This document shows, piece after piece, positions 38,330 through 50,135 of a DNA stretch of 64,000 nt. The position numbers and the translations under genes are program-made. The stretch covers positions 6,014,001 to 6,078,000 of the forward strand of contig JAQFVV010000006.1 of assembly GCA_028023455.1 (NCBI GenBank), given 5' to 3'. The number at the start of each line of letters is the position of its first letter. Position 1 is the stretch's first letter. The stretch comes from Epiperipatus broadwayi. Its lineage: Eukaryota; Animalia; Onychophora. Under the pieces are notes generated by a model. It was not told the origin of the DNA and did no database searches. It saw nothing but the letters and a program-made list of their open reading frames with translations.

Positions 38330-38450
38330 AAATAATCATCAATATAATATTTTGTGCAGAACCAGCACTCACCAGTTGGTCTAGATTATCATCTTCCATA
38401 TATATAATCAGTGCTCAGTTTACATTAAGATAATTAATCTTCATGCTTTA
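38330..38450 (-). mobile_element. Decayed HHR family E fragment
   Basis: Minus strand matches 47706-47830: CCAA-CTGGTGA-GTGC-TGGTTCT-GCAC-AAAA. Confidence 0.7.
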
Positions 38451-38744
38451 ATGGACAGGCTTCAATCTACTCCAATCTCCAACTCTTCAGTCATCAAACC
38501 ATTGAAGATCTGATGATGGAAAGCCCAAATCCCATACTGATGTCAATATTATTGCCATGATCATGTTAACCTCAAGTCACTCTGAATCCCCATGTATAGG
38601 ACCTTATCCATTTAAATACATAGAAGAGGGGTGGGCATGATGCAGGAATTTGAAATACATGCATTCTTTATATACCTGGAGCTTAATTGGAAATAAATGG
38701 GATTTCAGTTCAAACCACTATATTTACAATTAAGCTCCAGGTAT

Positions 38745-40078
38745 ATGATTGGAAGAATTCCATAATAATATTAATATTTTAAAAAGGTGATAAAGAAGAT
38801 ATTAGAAATTACAGACCTATCAGCCTTTTATCAGTTCTATACAAAATTTTTACCAAGATAATTACAAACTCATCTACAGAGAACATTGGATTTTCAACAA
38901 ACAAGAGAACAAGCTAGATTTAAAAGTGGTTTTAGTACAGTAGATCATATCCAGGTATTGAGAGAAATTATAGAAAGGACAAATGAATATGAGTTTCCAT
39001 TATGTTTTGGATTTGTAGATTATGAAAAGGTATTTAATTCTATAAACATTTCTTCAGTGATTAAAGCATTGGATCATCAAGGTATAGATCCAGGATATTA
39101 TCATATTTTAAAGAGTATTTATATAAATGTAACAGCAAAAAATTAGATTACATAATAATTCTGGGAAAGTCAACATTGAGAAGGGTGTAAGACAAGGTGA
39201 CTCAATATCTCCAAAAATTTTTACAGCAGTGCTGCAAGAAGTATTTTGTGGATTAAAATGGGAAACTAAAGGAGTGAAAGTAAATGGAGATTATTTAAGT
39301 CATTTAGATTTTGCAGATGATGTAGTTGTTTTTGAAATAATGCTTTAGAGCTTCAGGAAATGTTGCAGAAGTTATCAGATGAAAGTAAGAAAGTAGGACT
39401 AAAGGTAAATGTTAAAAAGACTAAAATAATGTTTAATTGATTTACTCAAATAATTGATTTACTCAAAATATGAAAATAAAGATTGATTATGATGAATTAG
39501 AATAAGTTAACAGTTACAAATACATTGGTCAGATTACTAAAACAGATGAAAACATAATGGATGAAATTAATCATAGAATTAAACTTGGTCGGAATGCTTT
39601 TGCTAAAAATAACTTGATACTAAAAGGAAATATGCCTATGTTTTTGAAAAGGAAGGTTTTTAATGGATGTGAGACTTGGACACTTAATAGAAGAGCAATA
39701 CAGAGATTTCAGACCACTCAAAGAAGTATGGAGAGATGCATATTAGCAGTAACAAGAAGAGATCGAAAATGCAATATATGGGTAAGACCACAAACAGGTG
39801 TTACTGACCTCATTGAAAAAATTAAAAGACTGAAGTGGAATTGGACTGGACATATTGCTAGAAGAGATGATAATAGATGGACAATTGAAATCTTAAACTA
39901 AATTCCAAGAGATTGTAAAAGATCCAGAAAGAGACCACATGTGAGATGGATGAACGAAATAAGAAAGTGTGTAGGGGTGATGTGGAAAAGAGAAGCTAAA
40001 GATCAGAAAAGATGGATTGAACTTGGAGAGACCCTCATCCTGCAGTGGATTGATAATGATTTATGATGATGATGATAT
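38745..40078 (+). mobile_element. RTE-clade (RTE-1/BovB-like) LINE, 5'-truncated, decayed RT
   Basis: [84 protein letters not shown] and a (GAT)n tail. Confidence 0.93.
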
Positions 40079-41660
40079 GAAAAATGCCTGTATTTTAAAT
40101 ATTTACATCTGGTAACCAAATCAAAAAATAATAATATACATATATTGTTTAACTGTGCAATTCTGCTCATTTAGAAAATGTTGTTTCTTAGCATCACTAC
40201 TGTGGACTGAATGTTCTTGCCTTGAACCACTTTCCTTATGAATGTGTACTATCCTCTGGTAATTCTGAACAAAATACCAATTGTTTGACTGAAATTAGCA
40301 ACAAAAACAAGATTTTCACTAATAACTTTCTCGTCATCAGAATATTAGCTAGTATTCACTTATAAAATTAATTCATTTCTTCTTTAGAAGATTGTAAATG
40401 CTTTTAATCCAGTGTTTATATACTCATTTGTTTGTGCCAGTGTCTTTCATCACTCGGAATAATACTAAGTATCTTTCAATAAACACAAACACCTATGACT
40501 TTTATTTAACTGATCTCCACTCAAGTTAACTATCCAGTAATCTCCTTTTACTTTGATAATCTCCCACACTATTTAATAACTGTATATTTGATTATTAAAG
40601 TTAAGAACCTGTGCAATGTTTACGGCAATATTGTGTGTAGTGTTAATCTTTAATTTTTTATTCCTTATCTTTCTGTGTTATTTTTTTAGGAATGCAACAG
40701 GCATTCTCATGTAAAGGTAATGAAATGAAAGATGTAATTAATGAAGACTAGATAGCAATCTTAATTCGCAAAATATCAAATAGATGGGTTTACATTGGCT
40801 ATAATAAGTTTGCAGAGGTTATAGCCAGAAGATAAATGCATGGAGTTGTAATGATATAGAAAGTTTCAAAGAGAGTAAATATATAACTTAGTTACTGGGG
40901 AACATCATATCACATTATATTGCTATGTTACCATGTACTGACTAATTCAACACTACTTATCAACTGTTTTCAACAGACTGACCTCTTCAGGTTATTTTTT
41001 AAATTAAAAAGATCAATAAATGCAGTAATGCAGAAATTATATTTAAAAAAACAACCACTACATAAATATCACTTACTATATTGAAAAACAGCAATGTAAT
41101 GCAACAGAACTACAGTGCTTTTTGGAAAGTAAACAATACAGGTTTTCTAACAAATCTGAAAGGTATCAAGTAAATCAAAACTTTGGCATTTATATGATGG
41201 CAACTGATGTTAACTATAAAGCACTATATATAGAGAATGGCATCTCATTTAATACCTGTTCTATCTCAATTCTTTATTAATTTAATATTTCAGTTTTGGC
41301 TTACTTTACAATATTTTATACGATTTCATAATATTACCATGACAGCAGATTGTTGCTATTCTATTGGTTTATTTTTAACCTTGGTTGTGGTGATATGATT
41401 TACCTATGATAACCAATTAGCAAAGCACACTTATGGTTTCTTAATATCCATTTATAATTAGAGGGGATTTGAACCCAGACTTTCAAGCTCCCCTTAGTCA
41501 TCCACTCCATCTTGCATGACCATATCCATGTGAAAAAGATAAAGTGATCTCCAATATACACCTAGCTTAAAATATAAATATTATGCATGTATTTAAAATA
41601 TTAATATCCAGTTAATCCAATTTGATATACAATTATCAAACTTCTTGCATCTTTGACATA

Positions 41661-41704
41661 ATCCTCACTGACGAGGGCCATAAGCCAGAAACTAGTCTGA
41701 GGAT
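41661..41704 (+). ncRNA. Type I hammerhead ribozyme motif (best-paired family A copy)
   Basis: ATCCTCA-CTGACGA-GGGC-CATAA-GCCA-GAAA-CTA-GTC-TGAGGAT: 7-bp perfect stem I, full core, predicted cleavage after C41697. Confidence 0.85.
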
Positions 41705-41872
41705 GTTGGATGAGTAGGCACTAGATGGGGATTTTATGCACAAATCTTCTGGCATCCATTGATTACTCTAGCTTGCTGTGTGTGGCAATATATATAGTGA
41801 GTTTTGCCTGTTTTAACAACAGTTATACACAAGCATAAGAGGAGGTGGTCATGTGATGTTTATTGGCTTAAA
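41662..41872 (+). mobile_element. 5'-truncated HHR family A insertion with 10-bp TSD
   Basis: TSD ACATAATCCT at 41656-41665 and 41873-41882. Reverse complement of 9939-10147. Confidence 0.9.
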
Positions 41873-43659
41873 ACATAATCCTATTTAGATAGATATATTA
41901 TTGATTATTACTAATCATTCATTACGCTAAAAATTATCATATCTCTACCCAAGATATAAACTAAAACCAAGTTAAAGATTAATATATTTCCTACATAGGA
42001 TCATTAATTCACTTTAGATAAACACATTAATCATTATTATTAATCATTTAGATAGTTTTATTCATATGTTTTAAAAATGTGGGAAGGAATGAGAATTTCA
42101 ACATCTCTAAAAATGATAATACTCATAGAAAAAGATGTTGATGTCGGATAAAGGTCACATGTCTTTGTGTTCAATTATAAAAAAATATGAATCTTTGGAT
42201 GATTTTAAGTTTGTTTCTAGACTAGGAAACATATGATAATTTCTAGCCTAGTAAATTATTAGTAATGATCATTCCTTTATTTATTAAGAATTGGCAGTGT
42301 TAAAGATGTGACTTCAGGAAAGTTGATACCTGTAGAACAAATTGCAATAATTTGACATTAATAAATACTACTACTAATAAAGACATTTGTAAGAGATTAT
42401 GAGCTGAATTAAGTGAAGAGTGCTGGTTCAGCATGAAGTGTGAATCTTTATTTATATATATATCAAGAATGTGAAATGGAGTTGATATATATAACTTATC
42501 AACTTGTTAATGTTATTATTAAGTGCTAAGAAGTTGACGTAGACATTTAGTGCTTACACCAATGGTATTCTGCTTATTTTTAATACTTTTTGATATAATA
42601 TCTGACATGTTTACTTTTAAACTACATACCAAGATTTAAAAGACCTAGAAAGAGACCATGTACAAAGTAGATGATTACTGCTATTATCATCATCATATAC
42701 TATCACTTATCTATAGAAATATTAGACATAAGACAACAAGAAAAAATAAACAAATAGAAAAGTTCAAAGGTACACATTATGCTCAAAATTATAGATACTT
42801 TCTCGAGTGTAATTTCAATTTTTGGGATAAAGCAAAAAGTTTTCTTTTATAATCAAAGGTTTCAACATTTACATATAACAGCCAAAGAGATAGATTATAT
42901 GCATTGCCAAAATAAACAACTGAACTGTCTTCCAGTCATCTCAAAATCAGTCTACTTTTTTATTTCGCATTTAAGTTTATGGTAAAAATTTGTATAAGTA
43001 ATAAATGATACTGCCATCTTCAGATTTTTTTTAACTAATAATTTTAGAAAACAATTTCTGTGTAATAAAATGTGTATGATAATTAACATTATAAATAATT
43101 AGAAAATAATGAAGTAAATTCTAAGGTGATAGCGGCACCATCATAATGCCCATAATTGACTTAAATTTGAGTCCTGACTTTCCTTGAACACATTAAGGCC
43201 ATTTATATTTAAACTGACTGTTATTTAAATTTACAGAGTAAACTTATTTCTTCTCATTTTAAAGATCTTCAAATAAAGATATCAAACATCAAATTTATGA
43301 TAATAGATTTTAAGTATAAAAAATGACCTGTTCTCTGGGTACTGAAAATTCAATCAACTTTCTATGGGAACAATCATTTATTTCTGTCTTCACAAGATAT
43401 TACATGTGAAATTGATTTGAACTGCAACAAAATATGAGAGAAAATATTAAATCAGCCATTAAAAATTTGCTGAAGTTTTAAAAAGAGCAGAAATAGTACT
43501 GCTCTGTAAATTTAAATATCAGTCAACTCAATTGTCACAGCTAATTTAATATTAATTGTTCCAGTTATTATGATTCATATTATTTTCCCATACAATATGT
43601 TGGGCATGCAAAAATATATGGTGTTTTTTCCTGAAAAGTGATTGAATTTCTGAACACTA

Positions 43660-44476
43660 GAGAGCATACCAATTGGTTACATTAATAATGTTTGGTAGAT
43701 TGCAGTTTATGGATAATAAAAGAATAGCTAAAATAGTATTTAATTGGGCTATGAGTAAAGGGCAGGTAACAAGATGGGTGAGAAAGATAATGTGGTATGC
43801 AAAAGATTTGGATAAAGAATTTATATCAGTATATTTGTACAAAAGATGGGATGATTGTGTTAAGAGGATTATTGAGTGTTATAGTAGTAAGGAATGGGAT
43901 AAGTGAATAAATTTATTAATAAAGACTAGGGAGTTAGAAAGATGGAGAAATAGTATGGAGAGTAAAAAGAGTTTAAATATATATAGAAATAAACAGAATA
44001 TTAGATGTGAGTTAATATATGATAATAGTAAGGAAAGTAGTTTATTGTTTAAGGCTCGAACGGGATCTTTAGCTACAAAAGAATATACATGTAAATGGAA
44101 AAATATGGGTGATTTATTTTGTAAATTATGTAAGGAAGGAATTGAAAATATTAGGCATTTGTTAATTGAATGTAAATGTTTGAAAACAGAAAGGGTACAT
44201 ATAATGAAGTTGTGAAAAAATAAATATGAAAAGAGTGATTATACAGAAAGTGAATTATTGTTTTTTATGCTGGGTTTGGGAAAAGATAAGGGGGATTTAG
44301 ATATAAAGGTTATAGAGTTGACAAAGATTATGTTGTGGAAATGGGATAGAGCAGATTATGGGTAAATTTAGAGAGGGGAATGTAAAATAAAATGGCTAAC
44401 AGGTTTATCTGGGCATAATTGCTGAGATATTCTTGACTTCGTTTAAGGAGAAGCCATAATACATCACATCACATCA
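43660..44476 (+). mobile_element. 3' fragment of the APE-RT-CCHC non-LTR family
   Basis: ORFs 43673..43906 and 43955..44215 (GRLQFMDNKRIAK; CKLCKEGIENIRHLLIEC) and an (ACATC)3 tail. Confidence 0.9.
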
Positions 44477-44729
44477 ATTTACTGGAGACAATATTGCTAG
44501 CTGTTACAAATTTTAACATTATAATATCCTATTGTTATATACATGTGTGAAGGTATTATTCTTAAAACAAACTATTGATTCAGATTAATAAATGTAGTAG
44601 TAATAAAATATATAAATAAAATTTTGTTAATTTATATGTAGTGAGACAAGCAACATTTATTTTTTTCTTTTTGGAGGATTTCCTGCTGCTGAGGACATCA
44701 TTAATCAAAAGACTCTTGTATTTTTCTTT

Positions 44730-44900
44730 TCTATATCTCTATCTATAGTATCTACCTCTGACCAAATTGTTTGTCAGGTTTCTTTTCCATCATTTCCTTG
44801 GTACTTCCTTTCCTTTTCCACTCTTCCACTTCCCAAATCAATCATTATTTTTGATATTCATTCATTTAACGTGACCATACCATCTTATCTCCTTTCTTCA
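44730..44900 (-). mobile_element. Decayed RTE-like 3' fragment from a different subfamily
   Basis: Minus-strand translation with stops gives RWYGHVK...GKGKEVPRK.W, like the RTE RLRWxGHV...GRP motif. Confidence 0.4.
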
Positions 44901-46167
44901 GTGACAGTTATTAATACTTTTTGCACTATAACAATTTCTCTGATTTCTAGATTAACATTATTTAAAAAATGAAGGCAGGATGAATATGTTTGCTAGAAAA
45001 TATGATACATAAATGATTGAAGTTTAAAACAGATTCCAAGAGGTTGTAAATCACTAGAAATAAGCCGTAAGATAAATGAATGAGATACAGTTTACTAAAA
45101 TGGTGTGGAGAATAGAAGCTGTAAATCAAAGAAATTATTAAAATTAAAATTAGAGACCTTCATTTTGTAATGGATCCAAGTTAAAAATAGTGATGATATT
45201 CTCTTATCTGTCAACTGTGGGTTCTAGAGAAAATATAAAATATCAAATCCATTGCTATGATTTTGGAATTATACTCTCTTTGATTCTATGAAAAATTGGT
45301 TAAATCTATATAAAATAATATATACCACAGCCAGTTATACTCTCTTTTTAATCAATATTCATTTTTGATGTATTTAACATATAGAACTCACAGGAGGAAA
45401 TGAATTATTATTTAAGAATCAAGATAAGATGTGTTCTGAATAAAAGCAGCTACCTGGGTTTAAATCCTCATAACAACTTGGGTTACAAGTAAAAGAATAC
45501 CTCCCTTTTCTTCTAATTAAACTCAGGACAAATGTGCTATAATAGAAAAACTTTTTTAACCTCAGGACTATCAATTAGCAATTCATAATTCCCTAGCAGC
45601 ATCAAAGGTAAAGTTATCTCTGGTTATTTACATGAATATAATCCTTAAATTTCCATTGTAAAAAATGAGGTTGCCTTGACTACAGATTGATATTGTTGAT
45701 TGTTTATTGATATTATTCTTGTTTAAGCGTTGACTGCTTTCATATATGTATATTTGCAAATCCTTCTAGCTTTGAGTATTATCAGCTTGATTATCTAAGT
45801 AATATATAATTTCAGTGGAATTTGAAAATTATAATTTAGGATTTATTAGTCTGCTTTCAAAACTGGTTTTATTTGCTTATTTAATAAGTATTTAAACTTT
45901 TTTGAATTAATAATCTCTCTTTAATCAAGTTGCAATCTATAGTGTCTCTATAAACATCTTGGACCATAGATAATAGATGGGATATCCACCTTTATTGTAA
46001 AATTGGAGGTTGCCTTGACAACAGATTGAGATTGTTGATTGTTATTGTTTCCATCTTTATTGTTTAAAGGAGGTTGCCTTGACAACAGATTGAGATTGTT
46101 GATTGGTATTGATATTGGTATTGTTTAAGTGTTGACTGCTTTCATATATTTACATATTCACATCTAG

Positions 46168-46225
46168 TGTCCCAACTCCTCACTAAAGAGACCCATAGGT
46201 CGAAACCAGTCTGGGGATGGGGACA
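46168..46225 (+). ncRNA. Type I hammerhead ribozyme motif, family D (one core mismatch)
   Basis: TGTCCC-AAC-TCCTCA-CTAAAGA-GACC-CATA-GGTC-GAAA-CCA-GTC-TGGGGA-TG-GGGACA. Stems I and II pair; core has A in place of the conserved G of CUGA. Confidence 0.7.
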
Positions 46226-46539
46226 ATCTAAGATAAAGATGATTTGAATGCCTTCTCTTCTGGTAGCATTTATCATATTTAAAAAAAAGCTTGTTTAGAG
46301 CTTTATCATGCTCTTTTTACATATTCACATATATATATAGTTGATAAGTTTATACATAATACACCAGATTAAATTGTCATAAATTAGAAGGAGATGAACA
46401 AAAGATTGTGAATAATAGGTAGGGTATGAGATTATAGTAAGTGGGTCCCAAAGTATTCTAAAAACAAGTAAAAAGTAGCACACAAAATTACCAAAGTAAA
46501 TTACTTGTATTTAAAAAGTTTTAAACTGGATTCCAAAAG

Positions 46540-46712
46540 ATTATAAAAGACCCAGAAAGAGACCACATGTGAGATGGATGGATGAAATAAGAAAGTGTGC
46601 AGGGGAGATGTGGAGAAGAGAAGCTAAAGATCGGAGAAGATGGATTAAACTTGGAGAGACCTTCATCCTGCAGTGGACTGATAATGGTTGATAATGATGA
46701 TGATGATGATTT
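46540..46712 (+). mobile_element. RTE 3' end fragment
   Basis: Matches 39910-40078 and ends in (GAT)n. Confidence 0.85.
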
Positions 46713-46904
46713 AAAAAGTAGTAAAATGAAAAAAAATTAAAAACTGAACAATATAATATCTACTTTTCATTATTAAGTTGTTTCATCAATGCAAGCTGTC
46801 ACTCACGCTATCAAATGCATCTTTAGACTAACTGCTATTATAAGTTTGTGTATTTTGCTTATTTTCTAATCTTTTATTTTGTGACTTTCTATATTTATTT
46901 ATTT

Positions 46905-47190
46905 TTGCTGAAGGTAGAATGGCCATCATCTTTATTTTCAACCAGTATCATTCTACTGCAGGATGAAGGTTTCCCTATACTCAATCCATATTTTCCTATG
47001 TCTAGCCTCTCTTTTCCACATTATCCCTGGACGCTTTCCTTATTTCATCCATCCATCTTACACATGGTCTCTTTCTAGGTCTTTTACAATCTCTTGGAAT
47101 CTGTTCTAAGATTTTAGCTGTCCATCTATTATCATCTCTTCTAGCAATATGTCCAGCCCAATTCCATGTCAGTCTCTTAAAAATGGTCAT
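46905..47190 (-). mobile_element. RTE 3' end fragment
   Basis: ORF 47002..47196 (-): RLTWNWAGHIARRDDNRW...RPRKRPCVRWMDEIRK. Confidence 0.88.
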
Positions 47191-47780
47191 ATTCATTTAT
47201 AAATGGCTGCTAATAATGATAGTAACTCATGCCAACTACAAAACAGCATGTGTATAGTGCTTCCAATTTTTGTTGTTTTACTTCACATTATTTTATAGGA
47301 TTTCATAATATAGTAGAGCTGCGACATGAAGAATTATAATCGTTTAATCATTAAATTAATTAGGTTATTAAATCAAAAACATATTTTAAAATCTACATTT
47401 AAAAAAAAACAACAAACAATTTAACAAAAAAAAAATACGAAAAGCATTAAATGTGAAGAATAGTTAAAATGCGTGTTTAAATCAAATTGAGTGTGTGTTT
47501 GCACGTGCATATTCTGCATAATCTATTTTAATACATTGTATAAGCTTACACCTGCATTTATATATGTAATATATGTGGGATTCGAACTTAGACTTTCACA
47601 CGACCTACAACTCTCAGTGCCATCTTATATTGCCACATGATGACACACATGTTGAAATGATAAATAATCACCAATATCCGTATTTCGTGCTGAACCAGCA
47701 CTCATGAAAGTATGAAGATTGGTTATCTTAATATAAAGCTGAGTACTAATTGTATATGTGTGTGGAGATGGTAATCTGAA

Positions 47781-47822
47781 CCAACTGATGAGTGCTGGTT
47801 TAGCACGAAATACGTATATCGG
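47781..47822 (+). ncRNA. Type I hammerhead ribozyme motif, family E
   Basis: CCAA-CTGATGA-GTGCT-GGTTT-AGCAC-GAAA-TACGTA-TA-TCGG: 5-bp stem II, palindromic stem III ATACGTAT, AUA triplet. The left-arm copy has TTGG, which restores stem I. Confidence 0.75.
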
Positions 47823-48034
47823 CGATTATTTATCTTTTCAACATGTGTGTGATCAGGTGAGTCAGCAATATAAGATGGCACTGAGAATTGTAGGTCGTGT
47901 GAAAGTCTGAGTTCGAGTCCCGCATATATTACATATATAAATGCAGGTGTAAGCCTGTACAATGTATTAAAATAGATCATGCAGAATATGCACGTGCAAA
48001 CACACACTCAATTTGATTTAAACACGCATTTTAA

Positions 48035-48145
48035 TTGTCAAGGGTCGTTAGCCGAGAGGTCATCGCACCCGCCTTCCAAGCAAGTAGTTGGTTGCAGACC
48101 GGTGTGGGTTCGCGTCCTGGCCGATGCTATGACATATGAAAAAAA
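48035..48145 (+). mobile_element. tRNA-Gly-derived SINE with A tail and 15-bp TSD
   Basis: TSD AAACACGCATTTTAA at 48020-48034 and 48146-48160. GCCTTCCAAGCA anticodon arm and GGTTCGCGTCC B-box-like motif. Confidence 0.85.
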
Positions 48146-48938
48146 AAACACGCATTTTAACTATTCTTCACATTAATGTTTTTCGTATTTTTTTTTTTTT
48201 TTTGTTAAATTGTTGTTTTTTTTTTAAATGTAGATTTTAAAATATGTTTTTGATTTAATAACCTAATTAATGTAATGATTAAATGATTATAATTTTTCAG
48301 GTCGCAGCTCTAATACCACAGTACCGCATGCATGTCATACTCGTGGCCAAGTTTGAATCCTGTCTAGGTAAACACAAAAAAATAATCAAGTACATAAGGA
48401 TTCGGATTTTTCTTTCAGGAACCTAGTAGGCAATCAATCCAATTAACTAAAGGGATATTCATTTATACATATAATTATAAAAAGACATCACACACATATA
48501 TATTACGTGTATGTATCTGAAAAAAAGGAAATGAATGTAAATAATTTATATTTTGACTCCACGTTCTTTAATTATCTGACAATAAACAGGACATTGCCGC
48601 AATTATAGAAAAAAATAATGCATGGGGATTTTTTTTTTAAAAAAAAAAAAGACCTTTTTCTTTGACAATAAAATCAATAAATTTTCTGTAACTAAAAATT
48701 AGAGAGTTAACTTAAATTTTTTATGGTTTGCGTTTAAGTTATAATTATCACATTCTTTACTTAAATGATTATAATTGAGCCAAAATATGATCCATTACGA
48801 TGATTAAAGATGTTAATAAATCGCAAACTGTTTTATAGTCTTAAAAACACTTTAAAACATTTAATTTTGCAAATTATATTGAGCAATAAAATAACAGTAT
48901 TGTTAATTTGCAATATAAATAGCAAAGAAAGCGTTTAT

Positions 48939-49035
48939 GTCAAGCGTTGGTGGCCTAGTGGTTAGCATAGCTGCCTTCCGAGCAGGTGGCCCAGATTCGC
49001 TTCCTGGTCAACGCATTTGATATATGAAAGAAAAA
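48939..49035 (+). mobile_element. Retroposed tRNA-Gly/SINE copy with 15-bp TSD
   Basis: TSD AAAGAAAGCGTTTAT at 48924-48938 and 49036-49050. GTCAA leader, tRNA body, TTTGATATATGA trailer and A-rich tail. Confidence 0.88.
48944..49015 (+). pseudogene. tRNA-Gly(TCC) pseudogene
   Basis: 72 nt; acceptor stem GCGTTGG/TCAACGC, anticodon loop CTTCCGA (TCC at 48977-48979). T arm reads CCAGA-TTCGCTT-CCTGG with a damaged B box. Confidence 0.85.
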
Positions 49036-49344
49036 AAAGAAAGCGTTTATAGAGTTTGGGAATATTTTACAAAACGTTTTCAAAGTAAATATATAGTTTG
49101 GGTCAATTAAATATGCAGATGTCCTCCATGCTGGTTTGATAGAAATTGAATTTTATATATATAAAATTTATTGTCTCAGACTCTTTTTTTTTTTACAAAT
49201 CTTATTTATCCTATAAATCAATTGTGTCTATGTCCATATATAAAACATGCATCTCATCTTATAATTCAATCAATGATTTGATTGTATTTAACAAATAGAA
49301 TATTAGTTCCGTGGTATTACAAAGTGGTGTGATGGCGCTAATGT

Positions 49345-49746
49345 GCTTTAGCAACAAGGGAATATACACGTAAATGGAAAAATATAGGTGATTTAGTCTG
49401 CAAGTTGTGTAAGGAAGGCATAGAAAATATTACACATCTGTTACTTCAATGTAAATGCTTGGAAGCAGAAAGGGTATAAATAATGAAGTTATGGAAGATT
49501 AAATATGAACAAAATGATTATACAGAAAGTGAGTTATTGGTTTTTATGCTAGGTTTTGGGAAAAGACAAGGGGGATTTAGATATGAAGGTCATGGAGTTG
49601 ACAAAGATTATGTTGTGGAAATGAGATGGAGCAGATGAGGGTGGAGAATGGAAAGAGAAGGTAAAGTGGCTAACAGGTTTCTCTGGGCATAGTTGCTAAG
49701 AGATTCCTGACTCCGTATAAGGAGAAGTCACAGTGTATCACATCAT
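49345..49746 (+). mobile_element. 3' fragment of the APE-RT-CCHC non-LTR family
   Basis: Matches 44080-44476, including CKLCKEGIENI and the (CATCA)n end. Confidence 0.88.
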
Positions 49747-49906
49747 AATCATTCTCTTATCGCAATATTTAATGCTATTTTACCAGTTTTATGTTTATTT
49801 AAATACAAAAAATTCCTACAAATCAATAGACCAAAGAGGAAAACTACAAATGAACTGACAAAAACTTAGAAGATTGACAATTGGTAGGTCCTTTGGTCTT
49901 ATGCAT

Positions 49907-50135
49907 TTAAACAAGCTTATATATAGAGTTTGCAAAACAAAGTCTTAACAAGCTTTGAGAATATCCTCAACCCCAGACCGATTTTTGCATCTAGCATCGT
50001 CATCCTGGAACCTCACTGATGATGCTAGATGTAGAAACTGATCTGGGGTTGAGGATATTTTCAAAGCTTGTTAAGAGTTTGTTTTGTGAACTCTATATAT
50101 AACACTTGTAATTAAAATTGGGTCATGTGATATCT
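49907..50135. mobile_element. HHR family B inverted pair (minus remnant 49971-50003, plus 50011-50048)
   Basis: 49907-50003 mirrors about 50014-50113. Plus: CCTCA-CTGATGA-TGC-TAGAT-GTA-GAAA-CTG-ATC-TGGGG. GGGTCATGTGAT at 50120-50131. Confidence 0.82.

Larger units (their letters stand above)
47314..48312. mobile_element. HHR family E inverted-repeat element, arms about 390 bp, with a SINE in the right arm
   Basis: TAGAGCTGCGAC (47314) mirrors GTCGCAGCTCTA (48312). Left arm ends at 47705 inside an antisense HHR; right arm starts at about 47788. Confidence 0.9.

Noticed and set aside
45940-46143. Minus-strand LLSRQP(S/P)LNNK as a GIY-YIG C-terminus
   Set aside because: Too short, flanked by stops, and no upstream GIY-YIG motifs.
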